From the sequence record ON470579.1: DNA of 42,743 nt, one strand, 5' to 3'. Below, one piece after another: positions 30,912-40,856 of the stretch. A program made the position numbers and the translations under genes. The notes beneath the pieces are model-generated. The model was not told the origin of the DNA. It did no database searches and saw only the letters and a list, made by a program, of their open reading frames with translations. Position 1 is the first letter of the stretch. Each line of letters starts with the position of its first letter. This DNA is from Escherichia phage vB_EcoM-606R2.

Positions 30912-30914
30912 GGG

Positions 30915-31115
30915 TTACGCCTTTTGTCTAGCTGTCACTTCCTGAAAAAGCTTTTCTATCGCACGTACTGTAGAAAAGCGAGGGTCAGAATGAACCCCGG
31001 TGAGAAGCCGACTAATAGAAGACTGCTTCACGCCTGCAATTTCGGCAATTTGGTTTTGGGTATACCCTGAATCAATCAAGCTTTTGACCATCTCTTGTGG
31101 TGTTAGTCCGGACAT
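30915..31115 (-). CDS. Cro-like HTH regulator
   Basis: 66-aa ORF with an HTH (QNQIAEIAGVKQSSISRL), divergent from the cI-like gene and first in the leftward operon. Confidence 0.65.
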   Translation of the reverse strand: MSGLTPQEMVKSLIDSGYTQNQIAEIAGVKQSSISRLLTGVHSDPRFSTVRAIEKLFQEVTARQKA

Positions 31116-31256
31116 ATTTAAGTCTCCACTTTCGTCTATAGCGCAAATTTATACGAAAACGGATTATTCAGCAATACGGCAATTCTATATCATCCTGGAT
31201 TAAAATATCCGATAACGCATAATCACCGTCCCTGTATACAACATGGATGAATCCAA
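31116..31256. promoter_or_regulatory. divergent cI/cro intergenic control region
   Basis: 141-bp AT-rich intergenic region between the divergent repressor genes. Individual operators were not confidently resolved. Confidence 0.4.
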
Positions 31257-31931
31257 ATGATTGATACTACCGATATCCTTTCTCAAAACATCAAGTACCT
31301 GATGGACAAAGCCAAGATAAGCTCGATAACTGAGCTGGCACGTCGGTTACAACTGAACCAACCAACGCTACACAGGCTGGTATCAGGAGAGGTGAAAGAT
31401 CCGAAATACGCAACGTTAAAGCAGATCGCCGACTACTTCCACGTGTCACCAATAGACCTGGCAGAAAGGAGCCTTCAAGAAATGGAGAAAGAGGACGCGA
31501 CGGGTATAAAAACGTATATTTCTCTTAGGTTTAATAAAGTACCTGTTTTGGGAAACACTCAGCTAGGCGTTGGAGGACTTTGGAGCGACACCCAATATTC
31601 AGTAGGTAGCAGTGATGGTTTCATATACTGGCCGACAAAGGATGAAGATGCATACGCCCTGAAATGTGTTGGTGATTCAATGATGCCTAGAATCAAAGAG
31701 GGTGAGTTCGTAATCGTCGAACCCAACCACGACTACACTCCTGGTGATGAAGTACTTGTGGTTACCCGGGACGGTGAGGTCATGGTTAAAACCTTCTTGT
31801 TCGAACGCGATGGCCTGTTCCATCTAATGTCTGTAAATGAAGATCATCCACCAGTCAGAGTACCACGCGAAAACATTGAAAAAATCCATTACGTGGCGGG
31901 GATCGCCAAATCCGCGCTACGCATGTACTAA
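31257..31931 (+). CDS. CI-like repressor (HTH plus LexA/S24 autopeptidase domain)
   Basis: An N-terminal HTH and a C-terminal S24 fold with the Ser nucleophile in CVGDSMMPRI and Lys in VMVKTF. Confidence 0.8.
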   Translation: MIDTTDILSQNIKYLMDKAKISSITELARRLQLNQPTLHRLVSGEVKDPKYATLKQIADYFHVSPIDLAERSLQEMEKEDATGIKTYISLRFNKVPVLGNTQLGVGGLWSDTQYSVGSSDGFIYWPTKDEDAYALKCVGDSMMPRIKEGEFVIVEPNHDYTPGDEVLVVTRDGEVMVKTFLFERDGLFHLMSVNEDHPPVRVPRENIEKIHYVAGIAKSALRMY

Positions 31932-32052
31932 CCTTTACAGTCTGATAACTTACTTCTGATCAAACCGCTCTCCACAAGGGCGGTTTTCTTATTTGCAAAA
32001 TAATTCATTTTCGTATTGACGCAAAATCCCATAACGCATATAAATACGATAC

Positions 32053-32073
32053 CGCATAATTAATGCGTTTTTT
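32053..32073 (+). terminator. putative terminator downstream of the cI-like gene
   Basis: AT-rich hairpin CGCAT-AATTA-ATGCG followed by TTTTTT. Confidence 0.4.
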
Positions 32074-32306
32074 AATACCAGCTCTTTAACAAACTGAACC
32101 GCGTGACAGGTAAGCCGCAGTACTCCTGGCAAAATGAAATGGCACCCGATGGGATCGAGGTAAGCGCCGAGTCCGTATGCGTACGGTAAGCGTAGAGGAC
32201 AACACCGCGACGAACTGATAAGTCACGCAAGTTGAAACGCCCCGACGATGGGGCGCTTAGTTCCTTTAACTCTGGGTGGCCGGAAGGGTACCCATGCTTA
32301 AAGAAA

Positions 32307-32876
32307 TTACTGGTTGTAAGGATCGTAATCCGTGATTGCCTTCCCCGGATTTTCATCTTCAGCAGGCAGTCTGGCCTCTAAAGCATTTCGGTTGAACAGA
32401 TAGGAAGCCCTACAGTGCGAACAAACCATATTAACGGCTCGCCCAAGGCCTGGCTTAATAACCAGACCTTCCGCTTGCAATATAGATTTTCTCTTTTGCT
32501 CGTAGCAATTGGGACAAATATAAACCGGAGATTGGTCAGTATCTGCAGAAAGCTTGCTGCGATAGACCAGAGTACCCCGCATAGGCTGGTAAAGTTCATA
32601 GCTCGCCGCTTCAGCGGCCCAGTTCTCTTGCTTTACTTTCTCATTTTCCAGTTCAACAATTTTCTCCTTAGCCGCAATCAGCAGCTCCTGAAGCGACATT
32701 TGCTGCATCTGAACATCCATTAGCTTATCGAGTAAGGTGTGCGTCTTCTCTTTAACTGCATAGTCGACAGTCAGATTCTGAATCTCTCTTGCTGCTCCAA
32801 CCGCGCCTTTAATTGCTCCTCCCACGCCGGATAACGATTCAGTTATCCGGGAAAGAATTCCTTTTTCTTCAGACAT
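32307..32876 (-). CDS. hypothetical coiled-coil protein with C-terminal CxxC...CxxC zinc ribbon
   Basis: 189-aa ORF antisense to the flanking operons, with a helical N-terminus and CPNC...CSHC. Confidence 0.55.
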   Translation of the reverse strand: MSEEKGILSRITESLSGVGGAIKGAVGAAREIQNLTVDYAVKEKTHTLLDKLMDVQMQQMSLQELLIAAKEKIVELENEKVKQENWAAEAASYELYQPMRGTLVYRSKLSADTDQSPVYICPNCYEQKRKSILQAEGLVIKPGLGRAVNMVCSHCRASYLFNRNALEARLPAEDENPGKAITDYDPYNQ

Positions 32877-32892
32877 ATCTAATCTCTCTCAA

Positions 32893-32937
32893 ACTGTAGG
32901 GGTGAAGAGATATTAGACGATTTCTCACTGTAGGGGT
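32893..32937. repeat. two direct copies of ACTGTAGGGGT spaced 34 bp apart (candidate operator pair)
   Basis: Read directly from the sequence; located 20-60 bp upstream of the minus-strand 189-aa gene start. Confidence 0.7.
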
Positions 32938-33006
32938 ACAAGGAGAACCACCTCGCCTGATGTGGTTAAAAGCAGGCACTCGATGATATCCATGTAATTG
33001 CTGTGT

Positions 33007-33033
33007 GTAGTCTTTGCCCGCCGCAAATGACGG
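33007..33033 (+). terminator. intrinsic terminator upstream of the rightward early operon
   Basis: GC stem GCCCG...CGGGC followed by TTTTTT on the plus strand. Confidence 0.55.
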
Positions 33034-33100
33034 GCTTTTTTATGTCTGAAAGCGCACTCGCAACAGCGCGCTCCCCGATATGAAAAAAGGAATACAACCG

Positions 33101-33250
33101 ATGAAACCTGAACACCTCTATCGACTGACGGGGCGCGATGTTCTCCGTTATCGCCGTAAAAACTTCGATTTGATGACCGGTCTGGCCGTTGCCACTGCGC
33201 TCGGTCTGATCATCACTTTCATTCTCCTTGTAGCGAGGACCACAGTATGA
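33101..33250 (+). CDS. small single-pass membrane protein (49 aa), not in the ORF track
   Basis: ATG at 33101 lies 11 nt after AAGGA. The product [49 protein letters not shown] has a C-terminal transmembrane helix, and its stop overlaps the next start (ATGA). Confidence 0.45.
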   Translation: MKPEHLYRLTGRDVLRYRRKNFDLMTGLAVATALGLIITFILLVARTTV

Positions 33251-34149
33251 GTTTAGAAACCAGTCTCGAACTTAATAATCAACTTCTGGCACAACATAAT
33301 GCGCTGCTTGAACGTCTTATCCGCACAATGGCATCAGGTATTGTTATGCATCCTGACACGATTTCACGAGTGCAGGAATGTCGGGATACAGCAACTGAAA
33401 CTGAAAATATGTCAGCGGCAATGACACTGGATGATCTGGAGTTCAGCGACGTTATCGCACTGGCTGGTTTCTACCCAGTAGCCACCCCTATCACAGAAGA
33501 CATGCTGCAACGTGCTGTTGCCTACCGTGATGCTGAAGGCGATAAACGAGTAGTTCAGATTGATGCTCTCGACAGCGCATTGCAGGGCGTCAAACGAGCC
33601 AGGGCGCTGCTTAAACCTGCTCTCCTGGACCTGTCCCGTAACATCCTTAAGTTCTGGGACGACCTGCCAACCATCGGCGAGCGACGTGCTTTTGCCGAGC
33701 AGCTACTTGATGCACCTGCGGATGGGCGTGATGAAGTTAAGCCGAAAAAGGCCAGTAACAAAGATGGAGAACGCACGGGGCCGTTTTACGTCAAAAATGT
33801 ATCCGGCACAGCAGCCAGTGAACTCCACACCTTACGCAAGTTGAACGAGATGCTGAAAAAAGGCCATATCGAGACCAACCGTGTTGAGTACCTTCAGCTG
33901 CAGGAAGAATTTGCACGCAGAGACACAGCAAATTCCAGCCAGAATAATGACGCCAAAGATGACCATACAATTGATTTCGCGGCACTACGCAAACAAGCTG
34001 AAGGGTTGATCCTCCAGTTAGCAAAAGGGGGTTACCGGGCAGAAGCTATTGCAATTCTGGAAAAACAGGGAGCCAGGAAACTTGGTGAAGTAACGGATGA
34101 AAATCTCGCTGAAGTAATCACCCTGGCTGAAAAAGCACTGGAGGGTTAA
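33247..34149 (+). CDS. hypothetical early protein
   Basis: 300-aa ORF, first large gene of the rightward operon. Confidence 0.6.
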   Translation: MSLETSLELNNQLLAQHNALLERLIRTMASGIVMHPDTISRVQECRDTATETENMSAAMTLDDLEFSDVIALAGFYPVATPITEDMLQRAVAYRDAEGDKRVVQIDALDSALQGVKRARALLKPALLDLSRNILKFWDDLPTIGERRAFAEQLLDAPADGRDEVKPKKASNKDGERTGPFYVKNVSGTAASELHTLRKLNEMLKKGHIETNRVEYLQLQEEFARRDTANSSQNNDAKDDHTIDFAALRKQAEGLILQLAKGGYRAEAIAILEKQGARKLGEVTDENLAEVITLAEKALEG

Positions 34150-34151
34150 TC

Positions 34152-35453
34152 ATGCCAGACGTTCATGCACAACTTTCTCCATCATCAGCGCATCGATGGA
34201 TGCGCTGCCCAGGAAGTCTGGCGCTGGAGGCCACACAACCGGATAAAGAAACAACTTTTGCAATCGAGGGCACTGCAGCGCACGCGCTTGCTGAAAAAGT
34301 TCTACGAAACAGGCAAAGCCACCCGGAACACTACGCCGGATGCAATGTTTCTATGTTTCTCGGCTCATACCCCCTTCGCGAAAATCCTGATGATACATCT
34401 GGCCCACAGGTGGATGATGAAATGGTCGAAGCCGTTGGCCGGTATGTTGATACGGTCTGGACTCTTGCACAGAATAATGAACTATTGGTTGAACAACGTG
34501 TTGATTTCTCACATATAACGGGTGTGGAAGAATCTTTCGGAACTGCCGACGGCATAATCATCGCTGGTAGCGAATTACAAATCCACGACCTGAAATATGG
34601 CAAAGGCGTCCGCATTGATGCAGAACAAAATGAGCAACTACAACTGTATGCTCTGGGTGCTCTCGAACAATTCAGCATGCTGTATGACTTTGAGACTGTA
34701 AGATTATTTATTCACCAGCCAAGGCTCAACCACGTTTCAGAATGGTCGTTAACCGTGCAGGAACTTCAGTCTTTCGGTAAACGAGCACAGGAGGCCGCAA
34801 CCAGTGCGATCCTTGTTCTCAATATTGCTGAATGCGAAGGCATTGAGACACTACCGCTGGAAAACTTCATACCTGGAGAAAAGCAGTGCCGCTTCTGTAA
34901 AGCAAAAGCTATTTGCACTGCCCAGAAAATGCAGCATTTACAAACAGCGGCCAGCGACTTTGAAGATCTGACAAAGCCTGTCAGCGAAATAATCACCAAT
35001 GCCAGCGCACGTGTACCTCTGTTAACCATTGAGCAGCTTGCGGAGATCTATAGCCAGGCCGACTTTATTGAGTCCTGGCTAAAGGCAGTACGGGACCGGG
35101 TTCACAATGAACTCAATGCCGGACATCCGGTACCGGGGTTTAAACTGGTAACAGGAAAACAAGGTAACCGGGCCTGGAGTGATGAAGAGGCAGCTCGCGC
35201 ACTTCTGAAGGACCAGTTCAGGTACAAAACTGAAGAAGTATTCGACTTTAAACTTATTAGTCCCACAAAAGCCGAAAAACTTATCAAAAAGGCCAGTCCA
35301 CGCCGTTGGTCAAAAGTCGAGGCACTGATAACACGAGCTGATGGTAAACCAACCGTCGTTCCCGAGTCAGACCCACGCCCCGCACTCAATATCAACCCTG
35401 TAAATGATTTCGACGACGTATCCGACGATACGCTAACCGCAGACCTCATCTGA
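34152..35453 (+). CDS. PD-(D/E)xK exonuclease, Cas4/RecB-like
   Basis: The N-terminal [15 protein letters not shown] signature and a C-terminal Cys cluster ([10 protein letters not shown]) match the Cas4-like phage nuclease family as recalled (DUF2800-type). Confidence 0.65.
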   Translation: MPDVHAQLSPSSAHRWMRCPGSLALEATQPDKETTFAIEGTAAHALAEKVLRNRQSHPEHYAGCNVSMFLGSYPLRENPDDTSGPQVDDEMVEAVGRYVDTVWTLAQNNELLVEQRVDFSHITGVEESFGTADGIIIAGSELQIHDLKYGKGVRIDAEQNEQLQLYALGALEQFSMLYDFETVRLFIHQPRLNHVSEWSLTVQELQSFGKRAQEAATSAILVLNIAECEGIETLPLENFIPGEKQCRFCKAKAICTAQKMQHLQTAASDFEDLTKPVSEIITNASARVPLLTIEQLAEIYSQADFIESWLKAVRDRVHNELNAGHPVPGFKLVTGKQGNRAWSDEEAARALLKDQFRYKTEEVFDFKLISPTKAEKLIKKASPRRWSKVEALITRADGKPTVVPESDPRPALNINPVNDFDDVSDDTLTADLI

Positions 35454-35468
35454 TTTAAGGAAATACCC

Positions 35469-36017
35469 ATGAAACTGAAGCTGAACAATGTTCGTCTGGC
35501 CTTCCCGTCTCTGTTTGAAGCTAAAACTGTAAACGGCGAAGGCGATCCGCGTTTCTCCGCAGTATTTTTAATGTCTCCCAAACACCCACAACTGGAAGAA
35601 ATCCGTAAAGCTATGAAGCAGGTAGCGAAGGAAAAATGGGGAGAGAAGTGGGAGCCCATTTATAACCAGCTGGAGAAAAAACTCAATCTGTGCCTGCATG
35701 ATGGTGATGAAAAAGCAGAGTATGAAGGCTTCCCCGGCAATTTCTTCCTGAATGCTGCTAACAAAGCGCGCCCAGCTGTTCTTGATCGCGATCGTTCGCC
35801 ACTTATTCAGGCTGACGGACGTCCTTATGCAGGGTGCTATGTAAACGCCGTTATCGATATCTGGGCACAGGACAATAATTTCGGTAAACGCATTAATGCC
35901 TCACTCGGCGGAGTCCAGTTCCTGCGAGACGGCGATGCATTCGCTGGCGGCGGAGTGGCAAGCGCTGACGATTTCGACGATATCAGCGAAGGTGCTGATG
36001 CTGAAGCACTAATTTAA
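35469..36017 (+). CDS. phage replication-module protein (DUF2815-like, probable ssDNA-binding)
   Basis: 182-aa ORF with an acidic C-terminal tail (DDFDDISEGADAE) typical of SSB-like proteins, following the nuclease. Confidence 0.5.
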   Translation: MKLKLNNVRLAFPSLFEAKTVNGEGDPRFSAVFLMSPKHPQLEEIRKAMKQVAKEKWGEKWEPIYNQLEKKLNLCLHDGDEKAEYEGFPGNFFLNAANKARPAVLDRDRSPLIQADGRPYAGCYVNAVIDIWAQDNNFGKRINASLGGVQFLRDGDAFAGGGVASADDFDDISEGADAEALI

Positions 36018-36038
36018 CCCTACTTCATAGACGCCCGG

Positions 36039-36057
36039 TTAAACACCGGGCTACTGA
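36039..36057. other. GC-rich stem-loop between convergent genes
   Basis: Inverted repeat GCCCGGT-TAAACA-CCGGGC; there is no clear U-tract on either strand. Confidence 0.4.
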
Positions 36058-36069
36058 TTAGGCGTATAA

Positions 36070-36699
36070 TCACTCAGGAATCTTAATCTTTCTCAATTCT
36101 TTATTTAGTTCACAGATCTTTTTCTTAGACGGGAAAGTATCATACATCCAAAAACCAACAGTCTCTAAAACTATTATCATAACCATATACACAAGATAAT
36201 TTAAAAGGCCTTCATTTTGCCCTATGGAAATAATGCAGATAATAGAAAAAAGGGTAAACAGCACAAAACACAGAAAGGAAAACAGACGACTAATAATAAA
36301 TAAAAAACCTGAAAAATCAACATTAATAAAAAACACTCCGTTATCTTTCTCTATATAATTCTGAAGCTTAATCAACTGATTTATATACTGTCTTTTTTCT
36401 AATCTATTGCAAATGTAAATAACATCTCTTCGGTTATAAGAGGATTGCAATTTCAGCGCATCACGAATAATTTTATCATTTATTCTTTTTTCTATGGCTT
36501 TCTTATCCTCCTTATCCAGATAACGTTCATACTTAATTAAATATAAAATTAACTTCTTGACATATTTAGGCTCTTTATACTTATAATTAAAAATGATCTT
36601 TCTTATCCAGACTCCCATAACAATCAAACATGAAAAAATATATCCAGCTATTTTCTCCAGATGCTCTGTATGGTCAATCAAGTATTGGATCATATGCAT
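36070..36699 (-). CDS. AT-rich integral membrane protein, antisense insertion in the replication module
   Basis: 209-aa ORF with one N-terminal and two or three C-terminal hydrophobic helices and a Lys/Tyr/Ile-rich composition; its GC content is markedly lower than the flanking genes. Confidence 0.6.
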   Translation of the reverse strand: MHMIQYLIDHTEHLEKIAGYIFSCLIVMGVWIRKIIFNYKYKEPKYVKKLILYLIKYERYLDKEDKKAIEKRINDKIIRDALKLQSSYNRRDVIYICNRLEKRQYINQLIKLQNYIEKDNGVFFINVDFSGFLFIISRLFSFLCFVLFTLFSIICIISIGQNEGLLNYLVYMVMIIVLETVGFWMYDTFPSKKKICELNKELRKIKIPE

Positions 36700-36745
36700 A
36701 ATTAATCTTTTAATCAGTTAATAGAATAAAAACCTAGGTAAACAC

Positions 36746-38809
36746 ATGTCCAATATACTATGGGGCGACCTGGAAACCTATTGCGAAATCCCTATTACGA
36801 ACGGTACCCATGCGTATGCCGAAGGCGTTGAAGTGATGCTTTTCGCATGGGCTATCAACGACGGGCCAGTAAACGTGTGGGATATCACTGCCGGTGGTGG
36901 TATTCCACACGGCTTATACGAAGCAATCGCAGACCCTGAAACCCTGCTTTATTTCCATAACTCTCACTTCGACCGCACCGTTCTGCGTTATGCAATGCCG
37001 CGACTGGCACCGCCAGTCGAACGTTGGCGCGACACGATGGTGCAGGCGCTGGCGCACGGTCTCCCGGGGTCTCTGGGGGAACTCTGCGAAGTACTAGGCG
37101 TCCCGCAAGACAAAGCGAAGGACAAAGAAGGTAAAGCGCTGATCCAGCTGTTCTGTAAGCCACGTCCGAAAAACAGCAAACTGCGTCGGGCCACCAGTAA
37201 AACCCATCCGGAAGAATGGCGGCGCTTTGTTGCTTACGCCGGACTGGATATCGAAGCAATGCGTGAAGTCTATAAACGTCTGCCGAAGTGGAATTATCAG
37301 GGGACAGAGCTGGCGCTCTGGCATCGTGATCAGCAGATCAACGACCGGGGCGTCTGCATGGACATGCAACTCGCGCGCGCTGCGATCGAAGCGGTAGACC
37401 AGGAGCAAAAGCGCCTGGCAAAGCGTACACAGGAAATGACTGATGGCGAAGTGCAGGCAGCCACACAACGGGACGCGTTGATTAAGCACATCGTTGAATC
37501 CTACGGTGTGGAGCTACCAGACATGCAACGCAGTACCCTGGAACGTCGTATGGCCGACCCCGATTTATCATCTGCCGTGAAAGAACTGCTGGCTATCCGC
37601 CTGCAAGCCAGTACTACCAGCACCAGTAAATACAAGGCACTGATGAAAGGCGTAAGCCACGACGGGCGCTTACGCGGTACGCTACAGTTCTGCGGGGCGT
37701 CACGTACCGGTCGTTGGGCCGGACGGCTATTCCAGCCCCAGAACCTTCCCCGCCCTTCACTAAAACAGGAACAAATAGACGAAGGCATCGAAGCACTGAA
37801 AGCCGGATGTGCAGACCTGCTGTTTGACAATATCATGGAACTAACCAGTTCAGCGTTACGTGGCTGCATTATCGCGCCAACAGGCAAAAAACTAGTGGTA
37901 AGTGACTTGTCAAACATTGAAGGCCGTATGCTGGCATGGCTGGCGGGAGAAGAATGGAAACTGAATGCATTCAGAGAGTATGACGCTGGAACGGGTCCGG
38001 ACTTATATAAACTGGCGTATGCAAAAGCTTTCGATATTGCACCAGATGATGTTGATAAACACATGCGTCAGATCGGTAAAGTCATGGAACTCGGTCTGGG
38101 TTATGGAGGTGGTGTATCGGCTTTCATCACTTTTGCTCTGGTTTACGGTCTCGATCTCGACGAGCTGGCGAACGCCGCACTGCCAAACATTCCCCGCGAT
38201 GTTATCCGCGAGGCAAAAAGCTGGTACGACGAATCGGTTAAGCGTAAGTCGACCTTTGGCCTGTCCGAGCGTGTATTCATCGCATGTGACTCGCTCAAGC
38301 GCCTGTGGCGCAGGGCGCACCCGGCGACCTGCGATTTCTGGTACGAGCTGGAGCGCACTGTCCGCACAGCAATCGCCACACCGCAAAAAACATTGTATTG
38401 CGGCTATCTTAAAATCCGACGTGATGGCGCGTGGCTGCGCATACAGCTACCATCCGGACGCGCTGTATGCTACCCGTCTCCGGTTATCGAACAAGGGAAT
38501 ATCACCTACATGGGTGTTAACTCTTATTCGCGTAAATGGCAACGACTCAAAACCTACGGCGGAAAGCTGGTGGAGAACGTCACCCAGGCGGCCGCCCGCG
38601 ACGTTCTAGCCAGAAACATGCCGCTGATCGAGGGTGCCGGTTACAGCATTGTGCTAACGGTACACGACGAGGTGATCACCGAAGCACCAGACACAGAAGA
38701 TTTCAACGATAAAGCGCTTTCCGCGCTTCTCTCCACTAACCCCGAATGGGCACCCGATATTCCGCTGAACGCTGGCGGCTTTGAGGCGTACCACTACAAA
38801 AAAGATTGA
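36746..38809 (+). CDS. DNA polymerase, family A, with 3'-5' exonuclease domain
   Basis: Exonuclease motif GDLET; polymerase motif A ([13 protein letters not shown]), motif B ([15 protein letters not shown]) and motif C (VHDE). Confidence 0.85.
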   Translation: MSNILWGDLETYCEIPITNGTHAYAEGVEVMLFAWAINDGPVNVWDITAGGGIPHGLYEAIADPETLLYFHNSHFDRTVLRYAMPRLAPPVERWRDTMVQALAHGLPGSLGELCEVLGVPQDKAKDKEGKALIQLFCKPRPKNSKLRRATSKTHPEEWRRFVAYAGLDIEAMREVYKRLPKWNYQGTELALWHRDQQINDRGVCMDMQLARAAIEAVDQEQKRLAKRTQEMTDGEVQAATQRDALIKHIVESYGVELPDMQRSTLERRMADPDLSSAVKELLAIRLQASTTSTSKYKALMKGVSHDGRLRGTLQFCGASRTGRWAGRLFQPQNLPRPSLKQEQIDEGIEALKAGCADLLFDNIMELTSSALRGCIIAPTGKKLVVSDLSNIEGRMLAWLAGEEWKLNAFREYDAGTGPDLYKLAYAKAFDIAPDDVDKHMRQIGKVMELGLGYGGGVSAFITFALVYGLDLDELANAALPNIPRDVIREAKSWYDESVKRKSTFGLSERVFIACDSLKRLWRRAHPATCDFWYELERTVRTAIATPQKTLYCGYLKIRRDGAWLRIQLPSGRAVCYPSPVIEQGNITYMGVNSYSRKWQRLKTYGGKLVENVTQAAARDVLARNMPLIEGAGYSIVLTVHDEVITEAPDTEDFNDKALSALLSTNPEWAPDIPLNAGGFEAYHYKKD

Positions 38810-38873
38810 TATAACTCACCTTATCGAGCTATGGCGACATGCTGAATTCGAGTAAATTAAAGGAACAATACTT

Positions 38874-39635
38874 ATGCAGGAACTAACTGAAATGCCGATC
38901 AACTATCCATACCCGAGAGAATCTTTTCCTGACTTTTTGAGGGAGTGTGGGTTCACCAATTTTTCCCACGAACAGCGTGAGACTTATGACTGCTATCGTT
39001 TAACGAATGGCGTAATTGTTAACCTTTACACCACCCGGACCATTCAGTTTCAAGGGAACCCTCAAGAACGTCCCAATGTTGAAACTGCAATAATGTCCCA
39101 TTTAGGAACGCCCCCCACGGCAACACCACTAGCCGTAGAACAGCCATCTGAGCTTCCCAAAAAGATATTCATTGTTCACGGCCATGACCATACTGCAAAG
39201 GAACAACTTGAGCTAATCCTTCATAAACTTGGATTACCAGACCATTTCATTTTGCAGAATACGGGAGGGACTGGACTCACCATTATTGAAGAGCTTGAAC
39301 GTGAAATTGGGCAAGGACAAACTGCTACTCGTTTCGGGATTGTTCTTTTGACACCTGATGATATGGGATACTCAAAGCGCGCCGGTGAAGCAGAAATCCA
39401 ACCCCGCGCAAGACAGAACGTTGTACTCGAGATGGGTATGCTTCTTTCGTCCTTAGGGCGCAGCAATGTAGCAATCCTTCAGAAACAGCACCTAGAACAG
39501 CCTTCTGATGCTAACGGGATTTTGTATCTGAATTTCAACGACCATGTACGTGAAACAGTTCCTCGTCTAGTGCAACGGTTACAAAATTCTGGTTTCGAAT
39601 TTACACAAGCTCAAATAGCTAACGCTTCCTCGTAA
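38874..39635 (+). CDS. TIR-like domain protein (COG4271 / Cap12-type TIR-like fold) with an unknown N-terminal domain
   Basis: The C-terminal region has the pattern KIFIVHGHD ... FGIVLLTPDD ... RARQNVVLEMGMLL ... PSD, recalled as typical of the TIR-like nucleotide-binding family. Not confirmed by search. Confidence 0.55.
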   Translation: MQELTEMPINYPYPRESFPDFLRECGFTNFSHEQRETYDCYRLTNGVIVNLYTTRTIQFQGNPQERPNVETAIMSHLGTPPTATPLAVEQPSELPKKIFIVHGHDHTAKEQLELILHKLGLPDHFILQNTGGTGLTIIEELEREIGQGQTATRFGIVLLTPDDMGYSKRAGEAEIQPRARQNVVLEMGMLLSSLGRSNVAILQKQHLEQPSDANGILYLNFNDHVRETVPRLVQRLQNSGFEFTQAQIANASS

Positions 39636-39659
39636 TTACCCCCTTATTGTTGATTACAA

Positions 39660-39680
39660 CCCTGCATTGCGGGGTTTTTT
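39660..39680 (+). terminator. intrinsic terminator after the TIR-like gene
   Basis: Stem CCCTGC-ATT-GCGGGG followed by TTTTTT, 25 bp after the stop. Confidence 0.65.
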
Positions 39681-39870
39681 ATTTGGGAATAAAAACCCTA
39701 TGTCATTTAAATACCGGGACAGTCCGCTTTATTACCGGACTGCACGGGAGGCTTTGCGCCTTGAACAGTCCAGCGGGTACGACCGGGCGATGCAGGTCTG
39801 GGCCAAAGCGAACGTCGGTTTGATTTTTGTCTGATGCAGAACATGCGCGAAAAGCGTAAGGAGGTGGACG

Positions 39871-40065
39871 ATGTCTAATATCGATAATAAAGGTTGGGGG
39901 TTCCCCGCCCTGTCGAAAAAAGCACATTTCTTTAATTCGGGGGAAGCCATATCACTATGCGGAAAATGGATGTTCACAGGTATCAGGATTGACGAATGGC
40001 ATGACCATCCTGAGAACTGCGCTATCTGCATGAAGAAACGCAAAAAGCAGGAAGGCGAAAGCTAA
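39871..40065 (+). CDS. small Cys/His-rich protein (possible zinc ribbon)
   Basis: Strong ribosome-binding site AAGGAGG; stop overlaps the VRR-NUC start. Confidence 0.5.
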   Translation: MSNIDNKGWGFPALSKKAHFFNSGEAISLCGKWMFTGIRIDEWHDHPENCAICMKKRKKQEGES

Positions 40066-40349
40066 TGGCCTATGAACGTGAAAACCTAATCGAAAAGCAC
40101 CTCGTCGCTGAAGTAAAAAAGGCTGGCGGGGTTGCCTTTAAGTTCGTATCTCCCGGTCTCCGCTCGGTACCAGATCGCATTGTTCTGCTACCCGGCGGTC
40201 GCATCGTCTTTGTCGAATGCAAAGCACCAGGCAAACCACCACGACCTGATCAGTTGCGCGAGCATGAACGTCTGCGAAAACTGGGCTTTACCGTGGTAGT
40301 ACTGGATAGTAAGGAGCTTTCATGTATATTAGGCAAAAAATTACAATAG
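40065..40349 (+). CDS. VRR-NUC domain nuclease
   Basis: 94-aa ORF with the PDRIVLLPGGRIVFVECKAPG pattern characteristic of VRR-NUC as recalled. Confidence 0.65.
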   Translation: MAYERENLIEKHLVAEVKKAGGVAFKFVSPGLRSVPDRIVLLPGGRIVFVECKAPGKPPRPDQLREHERLRKLGFTVVVLDSKELSCILGKKLQ

Positions 40350-40364
40350 GAGTCTGTGTAAGCT

Positions 40365-40856
40365 ATGGCTAAGCAACAAACGAAAGAAATAAACCAAGAT
40401 GATGTAAAAGACAACAAAAATATGCCACCTCATATATGCGGCATTATTATGCCAATTGCGGACATAGAAGGTTATCCCACTGGACATTGGAGAAATGTTC
40501 ATGACATTATTTGTGAAGCATCAAATGATGCCGGATTCAAGGCAAATTTGGTAAGTTCAGATGATGATGTTGCAGTAATACAAAAACGAATTGTTCAAAA
40601 TCTTTATGAAAACCCCATAGTTGTTTGCGATATAAGTGCTCGAAACGCTAATGTAATGTTTGAATTAGGAATGCGTCTCGCATTTGACAAACCGACCGTA
40701 ATTATTAAGGACGAGCGCACTCCTTATAGCTTTGACATTTCATCAATTGAACATTTAGAGTACCCTTCGGATTTAAGATACCAATCAATCAATCAATTTA
40801 TTCAAAGAAAGACTTGCGAGCAAGATAAAAGAAACATATTTAAAGTCAGTAACTGA
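40365..40856 (+). CDS. TIR-like domain protein, N-terminal portion of a frameshift-split gene
   Basis: AT-rich ORF with the pattern PIVVCDISARNANVMFELGMRLAFDKPTVII ... PSD, parallel to the upstream TIR-like protein. The frame ends 19 codons after a (CAAT)4 tract. Confidence 0.55.
   Translation: MAKQQTKEINQDDVKDNKNMPPHICGIIMPIADIEGYPTGHWRNVHDIICEASNDAGFKANLVSSDDDVAVIQKRIVQNLYENPIVVCDISARNANVMFELGMRLAFDKPTVIIKDERTPYSFDISSIEHLEYPSDLRYQSINQFIQRKTCEQDKRNIFKVSN

Noticed and set aside
32090-32260. Possible retron msr/msd RNA, suggested by the inverted pair GCGTGAC/GTCACGC
   Set aside because: There is no reverse transcriptase gene adjacent or anywhere in the window; kept only as an unassigned structured region.
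32072-32723. ORFs 32072..32356 (minus) and 32415..32723 (plus)
   Set aside because: The first lies over the structured noncoding stretch with no start context; the second is antisense to the zinc-ribbon gene.
39700-39834. 44-codon plus-strand ORF after the TIR-like gene terminator (MSFKYRDSPLYYRTAREALRLEQSSGYDRAMQVWAKANVGLIFV)
   Set aside because: No convincing ribosome-binding site and below the usual size threshold; left unannotated. The minus-strand ORFs 39703..39927 and 39732..40043 in the same interval are also judged spurious.
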